Assembly (NCBI GenBank): GCA_049599895.1
Contig: JBMYPC010000075.1
Span: 1-15,188 of the forward strand
Length of the DNA stretch: 15,188 bases
From: Bacteriovoracaceae bacterium
GTDB lineage: Bacteria > Bdellovibrionota > Bacteriovoracia > Bacteriovoracales > Bacteriovoracaceae
Direction of reading: 5' to 3'
The notes under the pieces were generated by a model, which saw only the letters and a program-made list of their open reading frames with translations, was not told the origin of the DNA and searched no databases. The first letter of the stretch is position 1; each line of letters begins with the position of its first letter. The translations under genes and the position numbers were made by a program. Of the stretch, positions 7,900 to 15,171 are shown piece after piece.

Positions 7900-8444
7900 G
7901 AGCAATATTTTTGATTATGGCCTTTGTGTTTGCAAGAGGAGCCCTTGCTGACAACTTCAAGGGATACGACCCAAAGTACAAAAAGCAAGTAGAGAAGATG
8001 AGAAAGTTCGTCTCTGATAAGAACAAATGCTTTGCTAGCGTATGGGCCATAGCTGATGTTTCTATCAAGCACTATCTCCCTGGTTACGCTCGGACTGTCT
8101 ACTGCTTCGCCGATTTGATTTTAGACAAGGGGAGTATCAATGAAAAGAATGGTTGTATGCTTGTCAATTACAGAGTGGACAATAACCAGTACCATCTCAT
8201 TGTGCAAAAGCCTTTTGACGTTCCTGTAGTGAAAAAGAAATGTGCTCAAGGTGGCTTCGAGGAACTGGTTCAGAAAAAAGGAAATTGGTATCCCATCACA
8301 GGAGGAAAACCATTTACGGTGGAGAAGTTTCTTTTCGGAAGTGTCACCGTCCCAAGGAATAGAATTGACATTCACCTCATCAATGCCAAAACAAACAAGG
8401 CCAGAGAGTACGTTTTGAAGAAGATTGCGGAAGGTGAGAAATGA
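7896..8444 (+). CDS. Secreted Cys-containing hypothetical protein
   Basis: Signal peptide MRAIFLIMAFVFARGALA-D; four Cys; ATGA overlap with the HTH gene. Confidence 0.75.
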   Translation: MRAIFLIMAFVFARGALADNFKGYDPKYKKQVEKMRKFVSDKNKCFASVWAIADVSIKHYLPGYARTVYCFADLILDKGSINEKNGCMLVNYRVDNNQYHLIVQKPFDVPVVKKKCAQGGFEELVQKKGNWYPITGGKPFTVEKFLFGSVTVPRNRIDIHLINAKTNKAREYVLKKIAEGEK

Positions 8445-8830
8445 GAACTCTCTTTTTCTTGATGACATTTTCACTAGAGCTATTGGCGAGTGAGTATGTC
8501 TATCACCCCAAATGGATGGCCATCTACAAAGGACTATACGGCTCAACAATTCTCACAAGAATCAACAACGACTATGGCTGGAAGGTTCCTCATCACGATT
8601 GCAAAGCAGAAACAGTGAAAGAACTTAAGGCTGGGAGCTACCATCGCAAACTCACCTGCAAAGAAAAGTCTGTGCTTCTTGAATGCAAGGCTAAAGATCA
8701 AGAAGTGACAAAGTGTGATGTGGAACTAGCTGGAGTGACTTTGCACTTAGAGATACGAAGGTTTTTGACGATGAGAGCTTTGAGAAAAAAACAACTCAAA
8801 GAAGAACTTGAAAATGAGATCCCTTATTAG
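8441..8830 (+). CDS. Secreted Cys-containing hypothetical protein
   Basis: Signal peptide-like MRTLFFLMTFSLELLA-S; four Cys; ATGA overlap with the previous gene. Confidence 0.75.
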   Translation: MRTLFFLMTFSLELLASEYVYHPKWMAIYKGLYGSTILTRINNDYGWKVPHHDCKAETVKELKAGSYHRKLTCKEKSVLLECKAKDQEVTKCDVELAGVTLHLEIRRFLTMRALRKKQLKEELENEIPY

Positions 8831-9470
8831 GACTTGTTTTCTTCTCATCATCATTCTGTCAGCTATCTCCTGTGATCACAGAAAAAGAATTGTCATTTTG
8901 GAAAGTGGAGTTAATGTCACCGAAAAGCTGAAACCATTTCTCTGCAATAACGGTCACAGAAGCTTCTTGAAAGGACAAGCTTGGAATAAAGATGAAACAG
9001 GTCACGGGACAACTATATTAGAAGTTCTCTCTCAAAAGTTGGACCCCAACAAACATTGTATTCTTGTCTATAAGACAACTGATAGGAAAGCACGAGCTTA
9101 CGAATATGCAATGGCCTTAATTGAATTGCAAAGAGTTGATTTTGAGGTTCTGCTTCTCGCCCTCGAAGACGTAGGGTACTTCTACAAAGAAATTGGTTGG
9201 CTTGATTCGATTTCCTCAAGATCAAAAGTTGTCGTAGCGGCAGGGAATGGAGGAGTGGAGCTAGGAAATAAGAAAAGCTGTAATGTGTATCCAGCCTGTC
9301 TCATTCACAAGATAGATAACCAAAAGAACTTCTTTGTCATTGGCTCGAATGACAGAAGATTTAACTATGGAGAAATCATCAAAGAGAAAAGAAACCCCAA
9401 TCACAAAGACCAATCAGGAACAAGCATTTCTGCTGCAAGATTCGCCAGCGAACTAATGGCACAAGACTAA
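8814..9470 (+). CDS. Minimal S8 subtilase-like lipoprotein (copy B)
   Basis: Lipobox-like SAISC; IVILESGV (E in place of the catalytic D), DETGHGT (His), VAAGNG (oxyanion Asn), SGTSISAA (Ser); ~218 aa with no propeptide. Confidence 0.8.
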   Translation: MRSLIRTCFLLIIILSAISCDHRKRIVILESGVNVTEKLKPFLCNNGHRSFLKGQAWNKDETGHGTTILEVLSQKLDPNKHCILVYKTTDRKARAYEYAMALIELQRVDFEVLLLALEDVGYFYKEIGWLDSISSRSKVVVAAGNGGVELGNKKSCNVYPACLIHKIDNQKNFFVIGSNDRRFNYGEIIKEKRNPNHKDQSGTSISAARFASELMAQD

Positions 9471-9652
9471 TCTTTCTTTCAGGCCAGGTGTAAACCCTGA
9501 ATCCAACGGAAGAGTCCGGGCGTGAATGCTGACAGGGAGGTGGAGAGAGTAAGGGAGCACCTTGTGCCCACGGAGGCTACGTCGTGAAACCCGCAATCCC
9601 GAGGTTGCGCTTAGTAGGTCAGGCCTTTGTTGGCACGCTCATAGCAAAGAGG
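9468..9652 (+). ncRNA. Candidate structured non-coding element (copy B)
   Basis: GC-rich island with hairpins GGT-GTAA-ACC, CGGA-AGAG-TCCG, CCTT..AGG, CGCAATC-CCGA-GGTTGCG, CTTTGTT..AGCAAAG and a possible closing stem CCTGA/TCAGG. Linker blocks are conserved with 1143-1322. Confidence 0.55.
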
Positions 9653-9724
9653 ATAAAATTTAAATCTGAAATGAGGTAACTACCTAATATTCCAATATAA
9701 ATCTTCTGTCTGAAACTATAGGTA

Positions 9725-9753
9725 GTGACAAGGTGTACACCTTGTGGTACTCT
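9725..9753 (+). promoter_or_regulatory. Sigma70-like TA promoter with 18-bp palindromic operator
   Basis: GTGACA (9725-9730)-17 bp-TACTCT (9748-9753); perfect palindrome ACAAGGTGTACACCTTGT 9728-9745 with a TGTACA core as in yefM-type operators. Confidence 0.7.
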
Positions 9754-9774
9754 TCGGGTTATCAGGAGATTTCT

Positions 9775-10035
9775 ATGCAAAATGTAAATCCAAAGAAGCT
9801 AAGAGCAGAATTGAAGGACTATTTGGACCTAGCTTCTGGCGAGCCAATTCGCATTCAACGTAGAAGCGGAGAAAGCTATGTCCTCATCAATGAGGATGAT
9901 TTTTCAGAAATGAAAAATGAGATAATGTCTCTTCAAAAAAGGTTACTGGCCATGACAGAGGTGGTAGATAAAAAGGTTGAAGAGTATCAACCCGGAGATC
10001 GCAATCGTTTGAAGCGTCTCAAGAAGAAAGCATAA
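9775..10035 (+). CDS. Phd/YefM-family antitoxin
   Basis: 'VNPKKLRAELKDYLDLASGEPIRIQRRSGESYVLINEDDF'; AGGAG RBS before ATG 9775. Confidence 0.85.
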   Translation: MQNVNPKKLRAELKDYLDLASGEPIRIQRRSGESYVLINEDDFSEMKNEIMSLQKRLLAMTEVVDKKVEEYQPGDRNRLKRLKKKA

Positions 10036-10377
10036 GTGGTCAAATTTTATTTCACTAAAAATTATTCTAAAGAGCTGGAAAGAATTGAAGATTTTATTCT
10101 TGAGTCAACTGAAAGCATAGAACTGGTTGAAAAATTCCTGGATGAACAAGATCAAACTCTCGAGTTCATTTCTCAAAACCCAAAAACTCCGGCTATTCAC
10201 CCAACCACAGGGGATCAGTCTTGGGTTTTCTCCGATGGGAGATATAGGCTCTTTTTCAAAGTTACTCACAAAGATGACGATCTTGAGGTTTTTCTCCTGC
10301 ATATCATAGACAATAGAGAAGCTAATTTAAAAGTTTATCCAGGGAATAACCTCCCCACATATTACGAGGAAGAATAG
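10036..10377 (+). CDS. RelE/ParE-family toxin
   Basis: 'FYFTKNYSKELERIEDFI ... YRLFFKV ... VFLLHIIDNR'; GTG start abuts the antitoxin stop. Confidence 0.75.
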   Translation: MVKFYFTKNYSKELERIEDFILESTESIELVEKFLDEQDQTLEFISQNPKTPAIHPTTGDQSWVFSDGRYRLFFKVTHKDDDLEVFLLHIIDNREANLKVYPGNNLPTYYEEE

Positions 10378-10740
10378 ATGGAGTTAACTATTAGCAGTAT
10401 GAACTTTCTCTTTAAAAAGAAATGGGCCATTAGATTCGCTACAGTGACAATTTTCATCATTTGTACGATCTCTCTTGCTAGTTTCAACTTGTATCGTCCA
10501 TTACATATTCGTGTGATTTCAGGTTTGATTGATTCATTTCTGTTAAATTCCCCCTTATTTGTTTGTGCAATGAGAATTTCGTCTGGAAAATTCAAGTATT
10601 TACTCGCTTTTGGAGTTCTTCTGTCTAGCTTGGCAGGTTTACTTCTTGTTGTTCGTCAAGGATGGCCATTGGGTATAATGTCTACGGCTTTTCATTTATG
10701 GCTTATTTATGAACTGCTTTCACAGAAGGGTCGCAAATGA
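10378..10740 (+). CDS. Small ~4-TM membrane protein (copy B)
   Basis: Paralog of 1739-2098; abuts the toxin stop and overlaps the next gene (ATGA). Confidence 0.8.
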   Translation: MELTISSMNFLFKKKWAIRFATVTIFIICTISLASFNLYRPLHIRVISGLIDSFLLNSPLFVCAMRISSGKFKYLLAFGVLLSSLAGLLLVVRQGWPLGIMSTAFHLWLIYELLSQKGRK

Positions 10741-11396
10741 CAAGTTTATGGCGACCCGACTTACTTAGCGATGATGCTCGTGATGAAGCCTATAGGTATT
10801 TTGACAAAAATATTCGCCCTCTTCCCAAAAAGGCTGATGGAACGATCGATACGACAGCATTTGGGTTAAGTGATAATGATGTTGATGCTTTTAGACATGC
10901 CCACGTGAGCGGGGTTTTAACTATTGTCTATAGTGAGAATACAGCAGACATATTAGGTAGGTTGAATGAATACAGACCTCTTGATTTGTATTCAAACTCA
11001 AGAGATCCGAAGTCTCTCAATATGGACCTTTGGAATAACAGTGTTGGAAGAAAATATGGCAAGAAAACAAAAGATAGAAAAGAATTGCTCAAACTTATTC
11101 ACAAGGCTTTGGATAATGGAGAACTCATTATCGACCCTAAGAACGACAAACGAATTTATGAGGGAGCAAGCCACGACCCAGTCAATAAATCAAAACCTGT
11201 GATTGTTTTGACTGAGGATGAAAATGGAAGAAATCAGACCTTTCTTGATCTCGTCAGAAACCAAGTTCTCACAAGAGAAGAGTTTGTTTCTCAAATTGAG
11301 GCTAAAAATTACCCTGGCTATACAGTAAAACAAATCAACGGAGTCCCAACTCCAGTTTCAAATCCAGATGGAAGACGCACAAACAATTTGAGTTAG
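10737..11396 (+). CDS. DUF6973-like (DAFRH...DLWNN) protein with DUF3892-like C-terminus
   Basis: DAFRHAHVSG and MDLWNNSVGR motifs; C-terminal 'TREEFVSQIE...Y.V..ING..TP.SNPDG...NNL'. Confidence 0.7.
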   Translation: MTSLWRPDLLSDDARDEAYRYFDKNIRPLPKKADGTIDTTAFGLSDNDVDAFRHAHVSGVLTIVYSENTADILGRLNEYRPLDLYSNSRDPKSLNMDLWNNSVGRKYGKKTKDRKELLKLIHKALDNGELIIDPKNDKRIYEGASHDPVNKSKPVIVLTEDENGRNQTFLDLVRNQVLTREEFVSQIEAKNYPGYTVKQINGVPTPVSNPDGRRTNNLS

Positions 11397-11399
11397 CGG

Positions 11400-11423
11400 G
11401 CTCAAAATCACTTGATTTTGAGC
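11400..11423. repeat. Perfect 11-bp inverted repeat between convergent genes
   Basis: GCTCAAAATCA-CT-TGATTTTGAGC; an extra GCTCAAAA half-site at 11446-11453. Confidence 0.65.
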
Positions 11424-11461
11424 TTGAGGCCTTAAAGGGAAATTTGCTCAAAAACTTTCAG

Positions 11462-11785
11462 CTAAGACTTACGGGCCTTTTTTACTTTTCGCAAAAAAAC
11501 TTCGTAACCACGAGACTCAAGTTCTTCGACGAGGGCATCGTTGTCAAAACCACTGAGCGCTGAATCTAAGTTTCCAATCTCGGGAAGCTTCTTGTTGTAT
11601 TCCAAGTAAACCTTCTTGAACTTTTCCCAGGTCTTCTTGTTCATCTTCCCACTTTTGTGGGTAACGTGCCAAAAACCGCCTTTAGTAAGGCCAATTTTTT
11701 TACCAACTTCATTTTTACTTAGTGGAATCTCATCAAGCATATCAATCACTGTCTGCTTGCCAATGAAGACCATCTTTCTTTCCAT
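11462..11785 (-). CDS. Putative HTH repressor (phage/satellite-like)
   Basis: ATG 11785 with CAGGAG RBS gives 107 aa; 'LSKNEVGKKIGLTKGGFWHV' is HTH-like; C-terminal 'LSGFDNDALVEELESRGYEV'; divergent from the helicase gene. Confidence 0.65.
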   Translation of the reverse strand: MERKMVFIGKQTVIDMLDEIPLSKNEVGKKIGLTKGGFWHVTHKSGKMNKKTWEKFKKVYLEYNKKLPEIGNLDSALSGFDNDALVEELESRGYEVFLRKVKKARKS

Positions 11786-11876
11786 AGAAGAACTCCTGTC
11801 CCGTAAAATATTGTACCTCAAATAACTGAAATAGCAATAATTGGTAAAAATAAACACAGTCCGACCCGCAAAATAC

Positions 11877-11905
11877 TTGACCATTGAAAATGGAAATTGT
11901 AGCTT
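11877..11905 (+). promoter_or_regulatory. Sigma70-like promoter
   Basis: TTGACC (11877-11882)-17 bp-TAGCTT (11900-11905). Confidence 0.6.
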
Positions 11906-11907
11906 GC

Positions 11908-12034
11908 CTTCCGTAATAACGCGTGGCCGGAAGCCTGCCCGAGCTGACAGGGGTCCTAGGTAAAGGAGTCTTCCAAGGCCGAGACAGAACGACGGACCCC
12001 ATTGCTCCCTTTGGGAAACCAGAGGGAGCTTTTT
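11908..12034 (+). ncRNA. Structured leader / small RNA ending in an intrinsic terminator
   Basis: CTTCCG/CGGAAG stem, GGGGTCC (11950-11956)/GGACCCC (11994-12000) stem, then the terminator at 12004-12034. Confidence 0.55.
12004..12034 (+). terminator. Intrinsic terminator / attenuator just before the helicase RBS
   Basis: GCTCCCTTTGG-GAAA-CCAGAGGGAGC-TTTTT, then AAGGAG (12038-12043) and ATG 12049. Confidence 0.75.
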
Positions 12035-12048
12035 GAAAAGGAGAGCAG

Positions 12049-12591
12049 ATGCAAGACAACGAAAAAACGCCAATGGAAAAGAGTGAGATTCCTGATGTGG
12101 TTGAACATTTCAAAGCGGGAATGGAGAGACACGGAAGACTACAGGGAAAGAAGGAGCTCATCGAGGAAGTAGAGGTCAACGAGAAGTACGATGGTATTCA
12201 AGAAGAAATTCAGACCAGAGACAAAATTAAGAGACTGAGTTTAGAGACTCCCAAAAAGGAAGACGTAGAAAGATCTTATGACCTAGTCGAGCGAGATCGA
12301 ATGCTTGCAAGAAAAGCAGGAAAGCCATTCTATACAGTCTTTGGAGATTGGTTCCCTGCTATGCCAAACACTGTCACTGGTATTTTTGCAAAGACTGGTG
12401 ATGGAAAATCTACTTTCGTGGCCAATCTCGCTGTTCTTGCCTATGAAGCGAAACTCAAAGCATTGGTAGTCTCAAACGAAGAAACAGTTGAGATTCAAAT
12501 GGTAAGGGCGGCAGCAACTTCTCTTGGTAAACCTTTTCGAGGAATAAGCAAATTTACTGATGAAGAAATCAAGGAACTCAAGGAGGAAGCC
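12049..12591 (+). pseudogene. 3'-truncated DnaB/RecA-like (SF4-type) helicase
   Basis: Walker A GIFAKTGDGKSTFVANLA and LVVSNEE; no Walker B. Beyond ~12591 it reads antisense to the S41 gene until the stop at 12651. Confidence 0.7.
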
Positions 12592-13431
12592 CTTTTTTCT
12601 GTCATACTTCCAATTAGTTGTCTCTATTGGCTTAGTGTAAAACTCTTCTAGTTCACCCTTTAGGGATTTTTCCATCAACACTGAATTTTCCTTTAGGTAG
12701 AGATCAAGTTGAGTAATCATATTTTTGTTCTTCGTATTTGATTTGAGCACTCGAAGGTAGTTCTCCCAAATAACTAGAGTTTCAGGTGTTCTTCTTCGAA
12801 CATCAGGAGCAATTGGTGTCTCAATGTTTTGCCCTGCTAATTTCTCGGCCATTTCATATCCTATGGAGTCGTCACCTCCTCCATTCCCACGAAGGTCGAT
12901 GATGATGGCCTTTGCTTTTTTGACGGCTTCATCGAGAAAGTCGTGAAATCCAGGCCATTTCCCTGGAGTGAATTTTGAAATAGCTATGGTGTAGACCTTG
13001 TCGCTAGATATGATACCTTTCCACGGCTTCTGTGTGTCGTTTTTGTTTTTCCCAACATCAACTAATTTGATATTCGGTCGGTAACAGAATGTTCCCTTGT
13101 ATTTGGCTTTGAGGTGGTGGTCTGGAAAATCACTGAGAACTTTTCCGATCTTTTGACAAAGCTCTTTAGAGTTACTGATGAGTTCGAGATTTTGTAGTTT
13201 TTTATCGACGGACTTAAAAATGCTTTCGTCTATAGTACCTTTGCCTCCATAGGCTCGTTCAAGGGCATATCGAAGAAAGAGGATGTCTTCTTGAAACTCT
13301 ACTGGGTTAACCTCTGATTTGTATTTCTTAGAAAAGTCTTCAATTCGTAGAGAGTTATAGGATAGGTTTTTGAATGTATTTGTCGAACAAGCTGTCATTG
13401 TAACTATAGTTAAAAGGAAAATTTTTTTCAT
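12586..13431 (-). pseudogene. 3'-truncated S41 family peptidase lipoprotein
   Basis: Lipobox-like MTAC, D.HL, IIIDLRGNGGG; no catalytic Ser (AS-type) region. After DRKKGF it reads antisense to the helicase until the stop at 12472. Confidence 0.8.
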
Positions 13432-13617
13432 AAGGTTTTTTACACATTGTTTGTCTATTCGTCATTTTGTTTGCCACTCGTAAATTCGGGCCAGTAAGAA
13501 CTGCGAACAGAAAAAAAGCGCAACTCTGCACCCCTGTTTTTCGCCCTCAGGGTGAAAGGCATCCACGGGTTCGCCGAACCCGGCTGCAGCATCGCTTCTG
13601 GCGATGTCGCTTTGTGA

Positions 13618-13755
13618 AAATTGATTGATTTCGAGAGCTTGACCCCGCTCTCAGGGGTTCGAAAATGGCGGGAGCAAGTGGACGATTTTAGAACCGTGTG
13701 TAGGGAGTTATTTGTCCACAAAAACTCTGACTTTTTAGAAGGTAGGGTTTTATGA
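13618..13755 (+). pseudogene. Possible C-terminal remnant of a large serine recombinase overlapping att core copy 2
   Basis: Reads KLIDFESLTPLSGVRKWREQVDDFRTVCRELF...*, a W..VD.FRT-type tail recalled from element-borne serine recombinases. Contains hairpin GACCCC..GGGGTT and AAAATGGCGGGAGC (13662-13675). Confidence 0.4.
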
Positions 13756-13967
13756 AGCTGGTTGATGAACTTAATTTAATTTTAATCGAAGACTTAAAGC
13801 TAAATAAGCAAGTTAGAGTGATTAGGTCTGAAATTAAAGATAAGGATTTGTCGCGGAGTGTCTTGTTGTCTCTATACCACGTTGTGAAGAGGCTTATGAA
13901 TGAGTTTCCAAAACATAGAAAAACACTGACCCCCTTAAAAGATTCAATAAAAAAACGATTGAACTGA
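13752..13967 (+). CDS. Small basic hypothetical protein
   Basis: 71-aa ORF with ATG and purine-rich upstream sequence; no recognised motif. Confidence 0.45.
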   Translation: MKLVDELNLILIEDLKLNKQVRVIRSEIKDKDLSRSVLLSLYHVVKRLMNEFPKHRKTLTPLKDSIKKRLN

Positions 13968-14094
13968 GTTATCTGGTCAAAAAATTACTCATCTATCAAA
14001 AATTTTTATCTATGCGATAATCTAAGCATAATAATTTTAAGTAATTAGAGACTTTGAATTTTGTCAGTTTCTTGCAACTACAAGGAGGTAGTTG

Positions 14095-14736
14095 ATGTCA
14101 CAGCATGATGTAGTGTTGAAAAGCATCTTAGATTTAGCAATGGATTATAGAACTAAACTTGAAGGAAAAATAAATGACCGTAAAAAGGAAATGGAAGAGG
14201 ACGATTTATCTCATCATGACCTCTATTCAGTCTTAGGTGTTACAAGCGAGAAGGGCCATCAGATAGATATATATCAAAACATTGGTAGGTTTTTATATAA
14301 ATATGCTGGTTCATTTTTAGAGGAAGCAGCGGTTATTTGTTTTAAGTCGAAATACCCTGATGCTGACAAGGTAAAGATTCCAAACACGATTGGACAAAAA
14401 CCAAAAACATTTGAAATTGATTGCTTGGTGGGCAAAAGGGCTTATGAAATTAAGTGGAGAGACGCTACGACTGATGGAGACCATATAACAAAAGAGCATA
14501 CCAGAGTTCAAAACATTAAAAACGCTGGTTACACGCCTGTAAGAATAATGTTCTACGAGCCAAACCGTTCACAAGCACAGAGAATACAGGTTAGGCTTAA
14601 AAATATTTATGAAGAGGTAAATGGTGAATATTACTCTGGTGACACGGCGTGGAAATATATTTTAGAAAAGACAAATGTTGATTTAAAAGCTATATTAAAT
14701 GAAGTTGCCACAAAGGTAAGTTTTATGGAGATTTGA
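14095..14736 (+). CDS. ApaLI-like type II restriction endonuclease
   Basis: 'IDIYQNIGRFLYKYAGSFLEEA', 'FEIDCLV...AYEIKWRDATTDGDHITKEH' (PD-(D/E)xK); AAGGAGG RBS, start TTG 14092 or ATG 14095. Confidence 0.88.
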   Translation: MSQHDVVLKSILDLAMDYRTKLEGKINDRKKEMEEDDLSHHDLYSVLGVTSEKGHQIDIYQNIGRFLYKYAGSFLEEAAVICFKSKYPDADKVKIPNTIGQKPKTFEIDCLVGKRAYEIKWRDATTDGDHITKEHTRVQNIKNAGYTPVRIMFYEPNRSQAQRIQVRLKNIYEEVNGEYYSGDTAWKYILEKTNVDLKAILNEVATKVSFMEI

Positions 14737-15171
14737 ATGTTTATTAACAAGGATTGCATTGAAGCGTTAAGTGAAATTAAAGAAGAGACAGTAGATTTAA
14801 TTTATTTAGACCCACCATTTTTTACTCAGAAAAAACAAAAGCAAAAAACTAGAGATAATACAAAAGAATACTCATTTGACGATAGCTGGTCGTCTATTGA
14901 TGAATATCGTGATTATATTCAAGACAGACTTGAGGTTTGTAAAAAAGTTCTAAAGAAGACTGGTTCAATTTTTCTTCATTGTGATAAAGCTGCATCTCAT
15001 CACTTACGAATTGCATTAGACAATGTATTTGGTTACTCAAATTTTCAAAGTGAAATTATTTGGACTTACAGAAGATGGTCCAATGCTAAAAAAGGTTTAC
15101 TTAATAGTCACCAGGTAATCTTTTTCTATTCTAAGACTAAGAGTTTTAAATTTAATCAAATGTTTACATAA
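14737..15171 (+). pseudogene. N6/N4 DNA methyltransferase (beta class), truncated
   Basis: VDLIYLDPPF, LKKTGSIFLHCD, EIIW; stops at 144 aa before any FxGxG SAM-binding motif. Confidence 0.8.

Noticed and set aside
9468..9652. RNase P RNA, cobalamin riboswitch, 5S rRNA or group II intron identity for the conserved element
   Set aside because: Only short matching words such as GAGTCCGGGC, GTGAAAC and TAGTAG; order and length do not fit, and copy A lacks several of them.
9733..9774. GTG 9733 start for the antitoxin
   Set aside because: It lies within the operator/promoter; ATG 9775 has an AGGAG RBS.
828..11396. Integron cassette array as the explanation for the mosaic
   Set aside because: I found no recurring attC-like RYYYAAC...GTTRRRY structures between genes, and the integrase fragment is too short to call IntI.
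11786..12179. Long minus-strand ORFs 11462-12073 (5' extension) and 11742-12179
   Set aside because: They cross a promoter, a structured leader and the helicase start; ATG 11785 with an RBS explains the HTH-like part.
2528..14511. Short antisense or alternate-frame ORFs (e.g. 2528-2710, 3278-3990, 4734-5510, 6011-6904, 6971-7410, 7633-8549, 9013-9225, 10105-10595, 10966-11202, 11616-11825, 13455-13721, 14317-14511)
   Set aside because: Shadows of better-supported genes or of non-coding element ends; no motifs or RBS support.
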